A stretch of DNA of 64,000 nt from Candidatus Sumerlaeaceae bacterium (GCA_051003195.1 JBPCLP010000033.1:1-64000), one strand, 5' to 3'. Shown: positions 19,685 through 30,228, counted from the stretch's first letter. Numbers and translations: made by a program. The notes: generated from the sequence alone by a model not told the origin.

Positions 19685-21481
19685 GTGGAGTTGACATTGA
19701 AGGCGGGAACCGAGGTGCCAAGCGCGCCTTCGCGTGCTGCAGCGCGCCCGCCGAAGCAATACCGGTGGGAATATCGCGAGGCGCAGCCAGACTCCGCACA
19801 GCTTTTGCGGGAGAGCCTCGGCATATCGGCTGTCGTTGCGCGCGTGCTGGCTAATCGGGGGCTCATAAGCAATTCGGGTGAACTGGAGCAGTTTGTGCGG
19901 CCATCGCTGACCACACTGCATGATCCATTTGCCCTCGCCGGAATGAGAGCCGCAGTTGATCGTCTGCTTCAGGCAAAACATCGGGGAGAAAAAGTCCTGG
20001 TGTATGGCGACTATGACACTGACGGGACTACAAGTACCGCGGTCCTGTTGCGCACTTTTCATAAGCTCGGGATTGATGCTGCATACTACATTCCTCACCG
20101 GCTGGCAGAAGGTTATGGTCTGAATGCGACCGCAATAGAGTCGATTGCGCGGCGGGGCGTGCGCCTGATTGTTACGGTCGACACGGGAATTGGGGCGCTT
20201 GAGCAGGTGGTGCTTGCGAAGTCTCTCGGGATGGATGTGATCGTCACGGACCATCACCAGCCCGGACCGGCTCTGCCCGAAGCGGTTGCAATCGTAAACC
20301 CGAATCGCGCGGACTGCACCTATCCTAACAAGTGTCTTGCAGGTGTGGGAGTCGCGTTTAAGCTGTCGCATGCGCTGCTGAAAGGCTTCCAGATTTCATC
20401 CCAGGATGCGCTGCCATTTCTTCGCAGTTTGCTGGATCTCGTGGCAATTGGTACAGTGGCGGATTTCGCGCCCCTGATTGGAGAGAACCGTGTGCTTGTG
20501 GCGCATGGCCTGGAACAGATTCGGCGTACGAGTAACGCAGGCGTTGCCGAACTTGTCCGCCTGCTGGATCCCGGTGTTTCGAAAATTACAACGCACCATG
20601 TCGGTTTTCAACTGGCTCCCCGTTTGAATGCAGCGGGGAGGACGGACCATGCCGGTGTTTGCGTGGAATTGCTGACAACCGAAGACCGAACGCGCGCTGC
20701 GGAAATTGCAATGCAGCTGGATGGCTTTAACCAGGATCGGCGCAACGTGGAATCAGGGATATTCGAGCAATGCATTCGTTTCGTGGATGAGAACCTGGAC
20801 GTGCAGCGCGACCGCGTTTTTGTGATCAATGGAGCTGGCTGGCACCTGGGAGTCGTCGGAATTGTCGCCTCTAGAATCATGGATATGTACGACAGGCCAG
20901 TCATCGTGCTATCGGAGCAGCATGGAGCCGCAAAAGGATCTGCACGCAGCACAAAAGGATTCAATATCCATGCTGCGTTGACGGCCTGCGGGCAGTACCT
21001 TACCGCGTTCGGTGGTCACCCGAACGCCGCCGGACTTCAACTGGACTGCGCGCATATTGCTTCGTTTCGCGAGGCGATAAATACGTACGCTGTTGAAGCG
21101 CCTGGTGGTGCGGTTATGTGCCCGGTGCTTACCATCGACACGGATGTGCATGGATGGGAACTCGACGAAGTACTCATACGTGACCTGGGGCTGCTGGAGC
21201 CGCACGGCCATTCCAATCCAGCCCCGGTGCTGAGCACGTGTGGATTGCGGATGTCGCAGACACCGAAGCTCGTCGGTAACAATCACCTTAAGCTGCAGTT
21301 CAGGCAGGGGGAACGGCTCGTAAGCGCGATTGGATTTAACATGGGATCGCGGATGTCAGAACTGCAGGCAAACAGAAACGCCACCTTTGACGCGGCGTTT
21401 GTGCCCACGCTGAATACCTACTATGCGCAGCCGCGGATTGAAATGGAGTTGAAGGACCTGAGGCTGAGCCCGGCCATTTAA
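19685..21481 (+). CDS. recJ: ssDNA-specific exonuclease RecJ
   Basis: YGDYDTDG, TVDTG, TDHH, GTVAD, PRLNAAGR, GSARS, GGH. Confidence 0.97.
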   Translation: MELTLKAGTEVPSAPSRAAARPPKQYRWEYREAQPDSAQLLRESLGISAVVARVLANRGLISNSGELEQFVRPSLTTLHDPFALAGMRAAVDRLLQAKHRGEKVLVYGDYDTDGTTSTAVLLRTFHKLGIDAAYYIPHRLAEGYGLNATAIESIARRGVRLIVTVDTGIGALEQVVLAKSLGMDVIVTDHHQPGPALPEAVAIVNPNRADCTYPNKCLAGVGVAFKLSHALLKGFQISSQDALPFLRSLLDLVAIGTVADFAPLIGENRVLVAHGLEQIRRTSNAGVAELVRLLDPGVSKITTHHVGFQLAPRLNAAGRTDHAGVCVELLTTEDRTRAAEIAMQLDGFNQDRRNVESGIFEQCIRFVDENLDVQRDRVFVINGAGWHLGVVGIVASRIMDMYDRPVIVLSEQHGAAKGSARSTKGFNIHAALTACGQYLTAFGGHPNAAGLQLDCAHIASFREAINTYAVEAPGGAVMCPVLTIDTDVHGWELDEVLIRDLGLLEPHGHSNPAPVLSTCGLRMSQTPKLVGNNHLKLQFRQGERLVSAIGFNMGSRMSELQANRNATFDAAFVPTLNTYYAQPRIEMELKDLRLSPAI

Positions 21482-23376
21482 TGGCGTCGGCTGAGAGAGA
21501 ACCGGAAGGTTTGGGATTCGGCGATTCTGCGTCGGATTCAGGGGCGGGAACATCGCCGTGGTTGCGCGGCGTTGACCAGTCGGTGTTTAAAATCGACGCG
21601 CCGGTTCCCACGGCAGATCGGGTGACCACTGTCACACAGGCGCGCTTGCCCCTTACCTTTTTCCAGCGACGGATAACCATTGTTGATTTGCTTATCGCGC
21701 TGTTGCTGGCGATTGTAAGCTTCGGATCGGTTGCGCTGACGTACAAAGGTTTTGGCCACTCCTGGGATGAGGCACTTTACCTGAAGCCGTCCCAGGCGGC
21801 ATATGAATGGTGGCGAGGCGTGTTTGTGGATCGGGCGCTGTTACAGCCCGAGACCATCGAACGCCACTGGGGACAGCGCCTCGATTCGGAGGATCCGCTT
21901 CATCCGGAGATCGCGCCATTACCAAAGCTGATCCTCGGAGCAGGTGCTGAATACCTGGGAGACGTATTTGGCAATCCGATGCTCGGAATGCGATTGCCGA
22001 TTGCCGTTCTATTCGGGGCAACCGTGGGGCTCGCATTCCTCTTTGCGATGCTGGAATTTGGCAGACTGGCGGGGTGCGCCGCGGCTCTTTTCTACTGGTT
22101 AACGCCGCGGGTGTTTGGACACGCGCACATCGGTGCGACGGAAACGCTGCTCGCCTTTTGCATTGGGCTCACAAGCTTCGTTTTCATCTTGTCCACGCGG
22201 CGTGGGTGGCTGGGACCGTTGGTGGGCCTCGTATTTGGTTTGGCAATTGCCACAAAAGTAAATGCCCTGCTGCTGCCGTTGCCGCTATTGCTCTGGGGAC
22301 AGATCTACCGACGCAGAGAATACGCATCCGCGATGTTCTGGATGCTCGTGCTCGGGCCTCTTATCGCGTTGGCGCTTTGGCCATGGCTGTGGCACGATGG
22401 ACTACGCCGCTTTTTTGGCTTTTTGCTCTTTTACGTGGAACACCAGGCAACGGCCGTCTATTATCTCGGTCGGACTTGGGGGTATACTCACGGGCCGGCT
22501 GCGCCCTGGCATTACCCATGGATCATCACAGCAGTCGGGGTGCCCGAATGGCTGCTGCTGTTTGGCGCCATCGGGATTTTGCGATCGATCACGGGTATCG
22601 CGGCACGTCCCGCTTCTGTCCTGATACTTATTCTCGCGCTATTCTGGATCTGTGTCGCGTCGGTTCCTGGAGCACCGAAGTACGATGGTGAGCGGCTGTT
22701 CTTCCCATCCTTCTTTTTCCTGGCGCTGCTCGCGGCAGGTGGATATTCCTGGCTGTTCGGCGATGCTGCCAGGCGAACTGCGAGTGCGGAGACACCTCGA
22801 CGAGCTGGCAGAGCACTGCCCTGGATCTTACTCCTCGCCATCGCCGGGTGGGGTGCTGGTGACCTTTTCTTTTCGCATCCGAACCAGTTGAACTATTTCA
22901 ACTGGCTGGTCGGCCGACCCAGCGGCGCTTATAAGCGCGGATTTGAAACGTCGTATTGGGGTGAAGCGTTAAATGAGGAGTGCACCGCCTATCTACAGCA
23001 GAAGCTTAAACCAGGTGAGCGTGTCCAGGTGCTGGCGATGAACGAGCTTTGTTTTGAAAACTTGCGCGAGTGGGGGCGACTTCCTGCGAATGATTTCAGA
23101 GCAGGAGAAGCCCCAATACACTGGATTGTTCTACAGGTCAGGCAGGGCTTCTTCGGCAGATACGAACACGCGTTGCATAGTGCGGGAGAACCCGTGAAGA
23201 CGTTGGGTGCGCAAGGCGTGCCGAAGATCGAGATCTTCCGTGGACCTGCAAACATGGACGCAAGAAGAGCCAGTGACAACGCCACCTCTCCTTCGCAATG
23301 GAGAGTTGAAGTTATCGCGCCGAATTCCAGCGACGGATTAACATCCAATGCTTCCACGACCACAGTCTCGAAATGA
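21481..23376 (+). CDS. GT-C glycosyltransferase (GT39/ArnT/PMT-like)
   Basis: WDEALY acidic loop after TM1, polytopic, ATKVNA, YDGERLF, ETSYWG. Confidence 0.8.
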   Translation: MASAEREPEGLGFGDSASDSGAGTSPWLRGVDQSVFKIDAPVPTADRVTTVTQARLPLTFFQRRITIVDLLIALLLAIVSFGSVALTYKGFGHSWDEALYLKPSQAAYEWWRGVFVDRALLQPETIERHWGQRLDSEDPLHPEIAPLPKLILGAGAEYLGDVFGNPMLGMRLPIAVLFGATVGLAFLFAMLEFGRLAGCAAALFYWLTPRVFGHAHIGATETLLAFCIGLTSFVFILSTRRGWLGPLVGLVFGLAIATKVNALLLPLPLLLWGQIYRRREYASAMFWMLVLGPLIALALWPWLWHDGLRRFFGFLLFYVEHQATAVYYLGRTWGYTHGPAAPWHYPWIITAVGVPEWLLLFGAIGILRSITGIAARPASVLILILALFWICVASVPGAPKYDGERLFFPSFFFLALLAAGGYSWLFGDAARRTASAETPRRAGRALPWILLLAIAGWGAGDLFFSHPNQLNYFNWLVGRPSGAYKRGFETSYWGEALNEECTAYLQQKLKPGERVQVLAMNELCFENLREWGRLPANDFRAGEAPIHWIVLQVRQGFFGRYEHALHSAGEPVKTLGAQGVPKIEIFRGPANMDARRASDNATSPSQWRVEVIAPNSSDGLTSNASTTTVSK

Positions 23377-24149
23377 GCCGGCGACGCGGGCCTGTTGTGC
23401 TGCTGACGGATTTCGGCACGCGCGACTGGTTTGTTGGCGTGATGAAAGGCGTAATAAAGAAGCAGTGTCAGGATGCGGACATAATCGACATCTGCCATGA
23501 GGTTGATCGGCAGGATGTGCAGCAAGCGGAGTTTGTGCTACGGGCTTCACGGCAATGGTTTCCCGCGGGAACAATTTTCCTGGCGATTGTTGACCCGGGG
23601 GTCGGAACCGATCGCGATCCGGTTGTTATTGTTGACGATGCACACGATCATTTTTACGTTGGACCGAACAACGGATTGTTCGGCTTTCTCTCAGGCGAGA
23701 GGACACAAGCAAGCATCCTTCGATTACCTCACAACGTTGGGCAGGAAGTATCCGCGACATTTCATGGACGCGACATCTTTGCCGTTGCGGCCGGACGACT
23801 GGCTGCGGGAACCGATATCGAAGAGCTGAGCAGTGGTACGACAACCATCCTTCGATTGCCGGGAACATCGTCGAATGTGGATCGAGGGGAGATTCAATAC
23901 TTTGATCGATTTGGCAACGCGATCACAACGATTGAACGTGCAAGCGCGCCCGTTGATTGCGTGTATATTGACGGTATTGAGCACGCGATCCGGTTGGTGC
24001 GAACATATGCTGATGTTCCTGAGGGCGAAGCGCTCGCTTACTGGGGATCGGCGGGCTTGCTGGAGATTGGAATTCGAAACGGTTCCGCCCGCGACGTACT
24101 GGCACTCGAGTTGAAGCGGCATGTCCGTTTAAACAAGACTGACGATTAA
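23373..24149 (+). CDS. SAM hydroxide adenosyltransferase / chlorinase-fluorinase family (DUF62)
   Basis: LLTDFG, VDPGVGT, GPNNG, TFHGRDIFA, DRFGNAIT. Confidence 0.92.
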   Translation: MSRRRGPVVLLTDFGTRDWFVGVMKGVIKKQCQDADIIDICHEVDRQDVQQAEFVLRASRQWFPAGTIFLAIVDPGVGTDRDPVVIVDDAHDHFYVGPNNGLFGFLSGERTQASILRLPHNVGQEVSATFHGRDIFAVAAGRLAAGTDIEELSSGTTTILRLPGTSSNVDRGEIQYFDRFGNAITTIERASAPVDCVYIDGIEHAIRLVRTYADVPEGEALAYWGSAGLLEIGIRNGSARDVLALELKRHVRLNKTDD

Positions 24150-25966
24150 TGCCAAAACCTAAGCCGAAAAAGCCAGGGAGAGCCGCGCCTGCCGACAACG
24201 CCAAACTGATTTCCGAAAAGCCCGGATTGTTTTATTTCATCCTGCTCATACTGCTACTCGCTTTGGGGGCGTTTTTCGTAACGATCAGGCCGGTGTCCGA
24301 TCCGGACAGCTGGTTCCATATGGCATTAGGAAAATGGGTGCTGGAGCATCATGAGATTCCGCGAATTGATCCATTCGCCGGTTCCTCACCCGGTCGCGAG
24401 TGGATTTCCTCCGGCTGGTTACCATCGGTGCTGATGCAACTGCTGTTTCGCCGATTTGGCGAAAGCGGCGTGGGATTGCTGCTGATGTCGTTTTTTGTAA
24501 TTCTATCTACGTACGGAACGGTGCTCATTGCAGCTCGCAAGTGGTTCGGCGACGGTGGCCTGATTTTCTTTCCGCTCATGCTGGGGCTGGGCCTGGCATG
24601 TGTTCGTTTCAATCCACGTCCCGATATCTTTAGTCAGCTGATGCTCGCGTGCACGCTGCTGGTACTCGTGCTGGCGGAACGCCCGGGTGCCAAAGCGCAA
24701 TGGTATCTTTACTCGCTGCTGCCAGTATTTGCGCTGTGGGCAAACCTCCATGCGGGCTTTCTGATTGGATTACTTGTCCTCGGTGTGTACTGCGCATGGC
24801 TTCTGCAGCAGGCAGTTACCCGGAAGGCGCGGCCTTTCCTATGGCGACTCATCCCGTGTATGCTTTGTTTTGCCGTGGTTCTTCTGAACCCATATGGGTT
24901 CGGTGTTTACCGCCTGGCGCAGAAGATCGCTCGAGTTCCGCAGGTCGGATGGATCATGGAGTGGATGCCGTTTTTTAAGACCGGCTTTCCAATGCCAGCC
25001 GGCGCTTATATATGCGGCGCTTTATTACTGGCTTCAGTGGTAGTTGTGTTGTGGCGCACCAAAGCCGATTGGTGGCGCTGGGCAGTGGCAGGGCTTCTGC
25101 TTGTAATGGCATTATTGCAGCGGCGTCAGGTTGGTCCCGCGGCAATAGGTATGTGCGTGATACTTTTGCCAAGCCTGTCGGCAATTTCGTTTCGATGGAT
25201 GCCACCCCGCGCAATCTTGATAGCGGCAGCCGCCCTGGTGACGGCGCTCATCTGTGGTTTTAAAGTAAGCGGAAAGCTCGGAGGCGGAAACGGCGGGCCC
25301 AGAACGGGTATCGACTGCGGCGCGCTTCCCTGCGTGGCTACAGACTTCCTGGCTGCAAATCGGCCGCCTCAGAAAATGTTGAACGCTTATGCATTTGGCG
25401 GATACCTGCTCTACTATCTCGGCCCGGAAACCAAGGTTTTCATCGATGGACGGCTGGACGTTTACGATCCCCAGGTCTTCCTGGATATCCTGGCGGTGGA
25501 GGAAAACCGTCTTCCTCTGGAAGAGATCGAGAAACGCTACGGTGTTAAAACGTGGGTACTCTCCATTGACGATGCGATTGGAGATGCAGAGCATTTAGCG
25601 AGCCGTCTGGCAGATCGACCCGATTTTGCACTGGTGCATTTTGACGACCAGGCGGCCGTGTTTATAAAGCGCTCTACCGAAACGAACGCCTATATCAAAA
25701 AGAACGAGTTTTCCTGGCTCAGTCCGTGGAGGGTTCCTGAAGTGGCCCAAGCCGTACAAAGCTCCAGCGCGAATGCGGTGTTCGATGAGGTGGATCGAGC
25801 ACTGAGGCAATCCATGGGAAGCGCAAACGCTAATGCGCTGGCCGCACTCGTCGCAGCTTCAGCGGGCGATCGCCAGACCGCACAGCAACTGGTGAACCAG
25901 GCGTTGGCGCGCGACCCCGAAAATCCATTAACTCAGCAGGTCGTGGGACTACTCAGGCAGCGTTGA
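24149..25966 (+). CDS. Polytopic membrane protein, probable GT-C fold, with C-terminal TPR-like helices
   Basis: DPDSWFHMALG, RPDIFS, LWANLHAGF, LNPYG, EWMP, FGGYL, FIDGRLDVY. Confidence 0.7.
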   Translation: MPKPKPKKPGRAAPADNAKLISEKPGLFYFILLILLLALGAFFVTIRPVSDPDSWFHMALGKWVLEHHEIPRIDPFAGSSPGREWISSGWLPSVLMQLLFRRFGESGVGLLLMSFFVILSTYGTVLIAARKWFGDGGLIFFPLMLGLGLACVRFNPRPDIFSQLMLACTLLVLVLAERPGAKAQWYLYSLLPVFALWANLHAGFLIGLLVLGVYCAWLLQQAVTRKARPFLWRLIPCMLCFAVVLLNPYGFGVYRLAQKIARVPQVGWIMEWMPFFKTGFPMPAGAYICGALLLASVVVVLWRTKADWWRWAVAGLLLVMALLQRRQVGPAAIGMCVILLPSLSAISFRWMPPRAILIAAAALVTALICGFKVSGKLGGGNGGPRTGIDCGALPCVATDFLAANRPPQKMLNAYAFGGYLLYYLGPETKVFIDGRLDVYDPQVFLDILAVEENRLPLEEIEKRYGVKTWVLSIDDAIGDAEHLASRLADRPDFALVHFDDQAAVFIKRSTETNAYIKKNEFSWLSPWRVPEVAQAVQSSSANAVFDEVDRALRQSMGSANANALAALVAASAGDRQTAQQLVNQALARDPENPLTQQVVGLLRQR

Positions 25967-26579
25967 ATTGACCGGCGGTGCCCGCGTGCGCTTCTGGCCC
26001 GTGGCTTGCCGGGTGGCCGGTTTCTGGAGACGGTGGAAACTCAAGATCGCGCTCATGAAAGAAGTGATGTCCGCCTGCGTCAAACACGACCTCATATCCA
26101 TACCAGGGCTGCACAAGGCCGCGGAATGATACGATCTTGCCAGTCATGCCGTGATATCGCGGAACATGAGGCTTCACCTTAACGGGAGTTGAGAGCGCGT
26201 AGGGAAGGCGTTTGCCGGATTTGGCTGCTCCGGTGTTCCACTCCAGTTCGAAGAACCCGACAATCCCCGACACAAAGCGCAGCAGATCATCACGCAGCCC
26301 GGCGTAGCACTTTTCGCAGATGGCGATGTGATCGTAGTAATCAGTTTTCATCTGGAAGCGCCACCGCATAATCGGTGAGTTTTTCGAACAGAAAGTGCAT
26401 TCCATGCTGTGGCGTATACCGGGGCAGGCTGGGTAATGGTGCTGCAGAATTTTCAACGCCTTGATTGCGCAATCATGGCAGACTTCCGAATTGCGAACGA
26501 GTGCGAAGTGTTGCCGCTGCTCCATGGCCAGCACAAGGGCTGGAACCGAGATCCCGTGTTTACATTCGATGCATTGCAT
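25953..26579 (-). CDS. Hypothetical protein with four CxxC pairs and a C-terminal SH3/KOW-like module
   Basis: CIEC, CHDC, CTFC, CEKC; VKVKPHVPRYHGMTGKIV...YEVVFD; GGAG RBS. Confidence 0.7.
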   Translation of the reverse strand: MQCIECKHGISVPALVLAMEQRQHFALVRNSEVCHDCAIKALKILQHHYPACPGIRHSMECTFCSKNSPIMRWRFQMKTDYYDHIAICEKCYAGLRDDLLRFVSGIVGFFELEWNTGAAKSGKRLPYALSTPVKVKPHVPRYHGMTGKIVSFRGLVQPWYGYEVVFDAGGHHFFHERDLEFPPSPETGHPASHGPEAHAGTAGQFNAA

Positions 26580-26722
26580 GTTGGCTCCCCCTCCGCTAAC
26601 GTGCGGAGGAACGCTGCACTATTTCAGGGAATGCAGCCCGGCGGGCTACAGCCCTGCCATCTCAGACGCGCGAGTGTCACAGACGTTGACACAGGTCCTT
26701 ACAATTATTACACCCGTTTTAG

Positions 26723-27457
26723 TTACCGCATCCCTGCGCCACCGTCAACCGAATAATATCCACCTGTCATAAAGTCACCATGTTCAACGAGATACACTAC
26801 CATCGCCGCAACGTCACCCGGGGATCCGATTTTTTTAAGAGGTGCTCGTTGAAGACTCTGGACGTACTGCTCCTGCGGCGCATTGTCCGGTAACAATACG
26901 GTTCCCGGTGCAACCGCGTTTACTTGCACGTGTGGGGCCAGTTCCAAGGCAAGGGACTCCGTAAGTGCCATCAAGCCAGCTTTGGACACAATGTATGGGG
27001 TGAAATCGCGGTAAGGGCGGCGTATTGCACAGTCTGTAATGTTAACAATTTTTCCACTCCCACGGAGCACCATTTGCCGGCCCAGGGATTTCCCAAGAAG
27101 GAACGGCGCACGTAAGTTCACGTTCACATTGTCATCCCATTGCGCCACCGTTGCTTCGCCCAGTGGTGTACGGTAATAGACCGAGGCGGAATTTACAAGA
27201 ATATCGACCGGCGGACAACCCGCCGCAATTGCTGCGAGCATGCGATCAATGTCCTGAGGATCCGAAAGGTTCGCCTCAACAAGCCAGGCACGGCGGCCCA
27301 ACGACTCGATCTGTTTATGTGCCGCAACAGCTTCGTCGTGTGAACGATGGTAGTGCAGGATGACATTGCTGCCAGCCCGCGCGAGCGCCAGCGCAATTGA
27401 GAGCCCGACTCGTTTTGCTGCACCGGTAACGAGCGCGGTGGTGTTTACCATCTCCAT
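26723..27457 (-). CDS. SDR oxidoreductase, pteridine reductase/FolM-like
   Basis: TGAAKRVG, LVNSAS, YIVSK, VNAVAPG. Confidence 0.88.
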   Translation of the reverse strand: MEMVNTTALVTGAAKRVGLSIALALARAGSNVILHYHRSHDEAVAAHKQIESLGRRAWLVEANLSDPQDIDRMLAAIAAGCPPVDILVNSASVYYRTPLGEATVAQWDDNVNVNLRAPFLLGKSLGRQMVLRGSGKIVNITDCAIRRPYRDFTPYIVSKAGLMALTESLALELAPHVQVNAVAPGTVLLPDNAPQEQYVQSLQRAPLKKIGSPGDVAAMVVYLVEHGDFMTGGYYSVDGGAGMR

Positions 27458-27614
27458 CAGAAGCTTCCATCGAAACCATCGAGCGGCGCACATCAAGGAG
27501 AACAGCGTACTCCCGGTCTACGAGTTCGAATGGTGTACGCGATTCAAAATTGACTTGGCTCCGCGGCCCCCACCGATGTTGCGCCCGCTGGGTAGAAGCT
27601 TAGGAGGTCAAACT

Positions 27615-29075
27615 TTGACGCAACCGCGTAAGCAGCGGCTGAAGGCGAAGGTGGGAGTCTTTGGAATTGGGCTTGCCGCCTACTGGCCTCAATTCGAAGG
27701 CCTGAAGCAGCGCCTCGAGCAATATCAACGAAGAGTCGAGGATCGGCTGAGCTCCTTCGGGGGGGACATTGTGTCAGCCGGGCTGGTGGATACGCCAGAG
27801 GGTGCACGCGACGCCGGCGACCAGTTCGCGCGCGAGAACGTGGACCTGATCGTATGCTATGTGGCAACCTACGCTACATCCTCGCAGGTGCTGCCGGCCG
27901 TTCAGCGCCGGCGTGCGCCCGTGCTTGTGCTGAACCTCCAGCCGACAGCGCAGATCGATTACGAAAACGTCACCACTGGCGAATGGCTGGCGAACTGTTG
28001 CGCCTGCTGTGTGCCGGAAATTTCCTGCGCATTCGCCCGTGCCCGGATTCAATTCAACGTCGTCAGCGGCACGCTCGATGAGGACGAGCGGGCGTGGCGC
28101 GAAATCAGTGATTGGGTGATGGCCGCAGGGGTGCAACGCAGCCTGCATTACGCTCGAGTCGGCTTCCTTGGCCACACCTATCCTGGCATGCTGGATATGT
28201 ATTCCGATTTCACAATGCATTCAGGCCAGCTCGGAACTCATATTGAAGTGCTTGAAATGGACGATCTCGCCAGACGGGTCGCGGCGGTGAGCGCCAGCGA
28301 GATAAAGGCAAAACAGGAGGAGGCGCGGGCGACCTTCGATTTCGCAGATCCGGGAACCGATCCCATCGCGAAGAAGATTGAGCCAGAGGACCTCGAATGG
28401 GCGGCTCGCGTGGCGGTGGGGCTGGACAAGCTCGCCAGTGATTTTAACCTGGATGGACTAACGTACTATTATCGAGGGCTGGACGGAAACGAGAATGAAC
28501 GCCTTGGTGCCGGGCTGATCCTGGGAAATTCCCTTCTGACAGCACGCGGCATTCCGGCGAGCGGCGAGGGCGACCTGAAAACGTGCATTGCCATGATGAT
28601 TATGGACCGCATGGAAGCGGGCGGTTCCTACACTGAATTCTACGCAATGGATTTTAAAGAGAACTTCATTCTGATGGGCCACGACGGCCCCGGGCACATC
28701 GCCATCAGCGACAGCCGCCCCGTGCTGCGGGGGCTCGGGCTCTATCATGGCAAGCGTGGCTTCGGCGTGTCGGTCGAATTCAGTGTCCGCCGCGGCCCGA
28801 TCACTATTCTTGGCATGACGCAAACTGTGAACGGCAGTCTCAAAATGCTGGTAGCGGAAGGCGAGTGCATTCCTGGAGCAACCATGCGGATCGGCAACAC
28901 CAACTCTCGGCTTAAGTTCGCGCTCGATCCGGCCAGCTTCATGAATCAGTGGTGCGAGAAGGGTCCGACACACCACTGCGCGCTTGCTGTGGGCCACCAG
29001 GTTTCACGGCTGGAGAAATACGCACGATTGTCAGGCATGGAACTCACCGTGGTGAGCGGCGCCACCGACAGGTAA
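27615..29075 (+). CDS. L-fucose/L-arabinose isomerase family protein
   Basis: AGGAGG RBS then TTG 27615; YWPQF, GMLDMYSD, GEGDLK, MGHDGP, GPTHHCA. Confidence 0.85.
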   Translation: MTQPRKQRLKAKVGVFGIGLAAYWPQFEGLKQRLEQYQRRVEDRLSSFGGDIVSAGLVDTPEGARDAGDQFARENVDLIVCYVATYATSSQVLPAVQRRRAPVLVLNLQPTAQIDYENVTTGEWLANCCACCVPEISCAFARARIQFNVVSGTLDEDERAWREISDWVMAAGVQRSLHYARVGFLGHTYPGMLDMYSDFTMHSGQLGTHIEVLEMDDLARRVAAVSASEIKAKQEEARATFDFADPGTDPIAKKIEPEDLEWAARVAVGLDKLASDFNLDGLTYYYRGLDGNENERLGAGLILGNSLLTARGIPASGEGDLKTCIAMMIMDRMEAGGSYTEFYAMDFKENFILMGHDGPGHIAISDSRPVLRGLGLYHGKRGFGVSVEFSVRRGPITILGMTQTVNGSLKMLVAEGECIPGATMRIGNTNSRLKFALDPASFMNQWCEKGPTHHCALAVGHQVSRLEKYARLSGMELTVVSGATDR

Positions 29076-29158
29076 ATCGAAGCTGTGCCAGAAACGTCCA
29101 TTGAAGTCAGCAGTTCCGCTGTCGTTTTAAATCTTCGCATCGAGAGGATACAACCCAC

Positions 29159-30214
29159 TTGGGTACAGACCCGTTTTTAGGCGTTTTTTTACACGCACTC
29201 GGCGGTCTCGCCGCCGGCAGTTTTTACATACCTTTCAAAGGTGTCAAAGGTTGGCGTTGGGAGACGTACTGGCTGCTGGGGGGACTTTTCAGTTGGATCA
29301 TCGCGCCATGGGTCGTCTCGCTTCTCACTGTACCCGGTACTCTTGAAATTCTAAAGGCTGCGCCCAGGGATGTTCTCATGCGCAGCTACGTGTTCGGTGT
29401 GTTGTGGGGCATCGGCGGACTTACATTCGGACTGTCCATGCGTTATCTTGGGGTTTCGCTCGGCTATGCCATCGCGCTTGGATTCTGCGCGGCATTCGGT
29501 ACATTGGTTCCTCCACTGTTCGACGGTACATTCGTGCAGATGTTCAGCACAAAGGCTGGCATGGTACTGCTCGCAGGCATTGGACTCTGCCTGGTGGGAA
29601 TCGCGATTTGCGGACAGGCAGGAGTACGCAAAGAGCGCGAGCTACCGGATGCCGAGAAGCGGGAAGCCATCCGTGAGTTTGACTTCTGGAAGGGCGTCTG
29701 GGTTGCCATTTTTGCCGGTGTAATGAGCGCATGCATGAGTTATGGAATCAGCGCGGGAAAACCAATCAACGACCTCGCCATTGCGAAAGGCGCCCCAAGC
29801 CTCTGGCAAACTGGACCCACACTGATCGTCGTCCTGGCAGGTGGCTTCACCACCAACCTGATCTGGTGTCTTTTCCTGCATTTGAAAAACAGGAGCGGCC
29901 GCGACTACGTGGCCGCCGCGGATGGCGGATCGATCGGCCTGAATTATGTGCTGAGCGCGATTGCCGGCGTCACCTGGTATTTCCAGTTCATGTTCTATGG
30001 AATGGGTTCAAGTCGGCTGCCGGAGAGTTTTAAGTTCTCGAGCTGGACACTCCACATGGCCTTTATTATCATCTTCAGTAACCTGTGGGGTTTCGCGTTT
30101 CATGAATGGCGAGGGTCGGGTTCGCGTACCCGGCAGACCATTATTGGAGGACTCATCGCGCTCGTGATTTCCACCATCGTGATCGGCTACGGCAACTCGT
30201 TGGGACAGCCATGA
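29159..30214 (+). CDS. rhaT: L-rhamnose/proton symporter RhaT family
   Basis: GSFYIPFK..KGWRWE, WGIGGLTFGLSMRYLG, SSWTLHM, HEWRG. Confidence 0.88.
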   Translation: MGTDPFLGVFLHALGGLAAGSFYIPFKGVKGWRWETYWLLGGLFSWIIAPWVVSLLTVPGTLEILKAAPRDVLMRSYVFGVLWGIGGLTFGLSMRYLGVSLGYAIALGFCAAFGTLVPPLFDGTFVQMFSTKAGMVLLAGIGLCLVGIAICGQAGVRKERELPDAEKREAIREFDFWKGVWVAIFAGVMSACMSYGISAGKPINDLAIAKGAPSLWQTGPTLIVVLAGGFTTNLIWCLFLHLKNRSGRDYVAAADGGSIGLNYVLSAIAGVTWYFQFMFYGMGSSRLPESFKFSSWTLHMAFIIIFSNLWGFAFHEWRGSGSRTRQTIIGGLIALVISTIVIGYGNSLGQP

Positions 30215-30228
30215 CCCCGTAAATTGAC

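Noticed and set aside
23373..24149. Halogenase (fluorinase/chlorinase) biosynthetic cluster
   Set aside because: No secondary-metabolite context; motifs fit the widespread SAM hydrolase subgroup.
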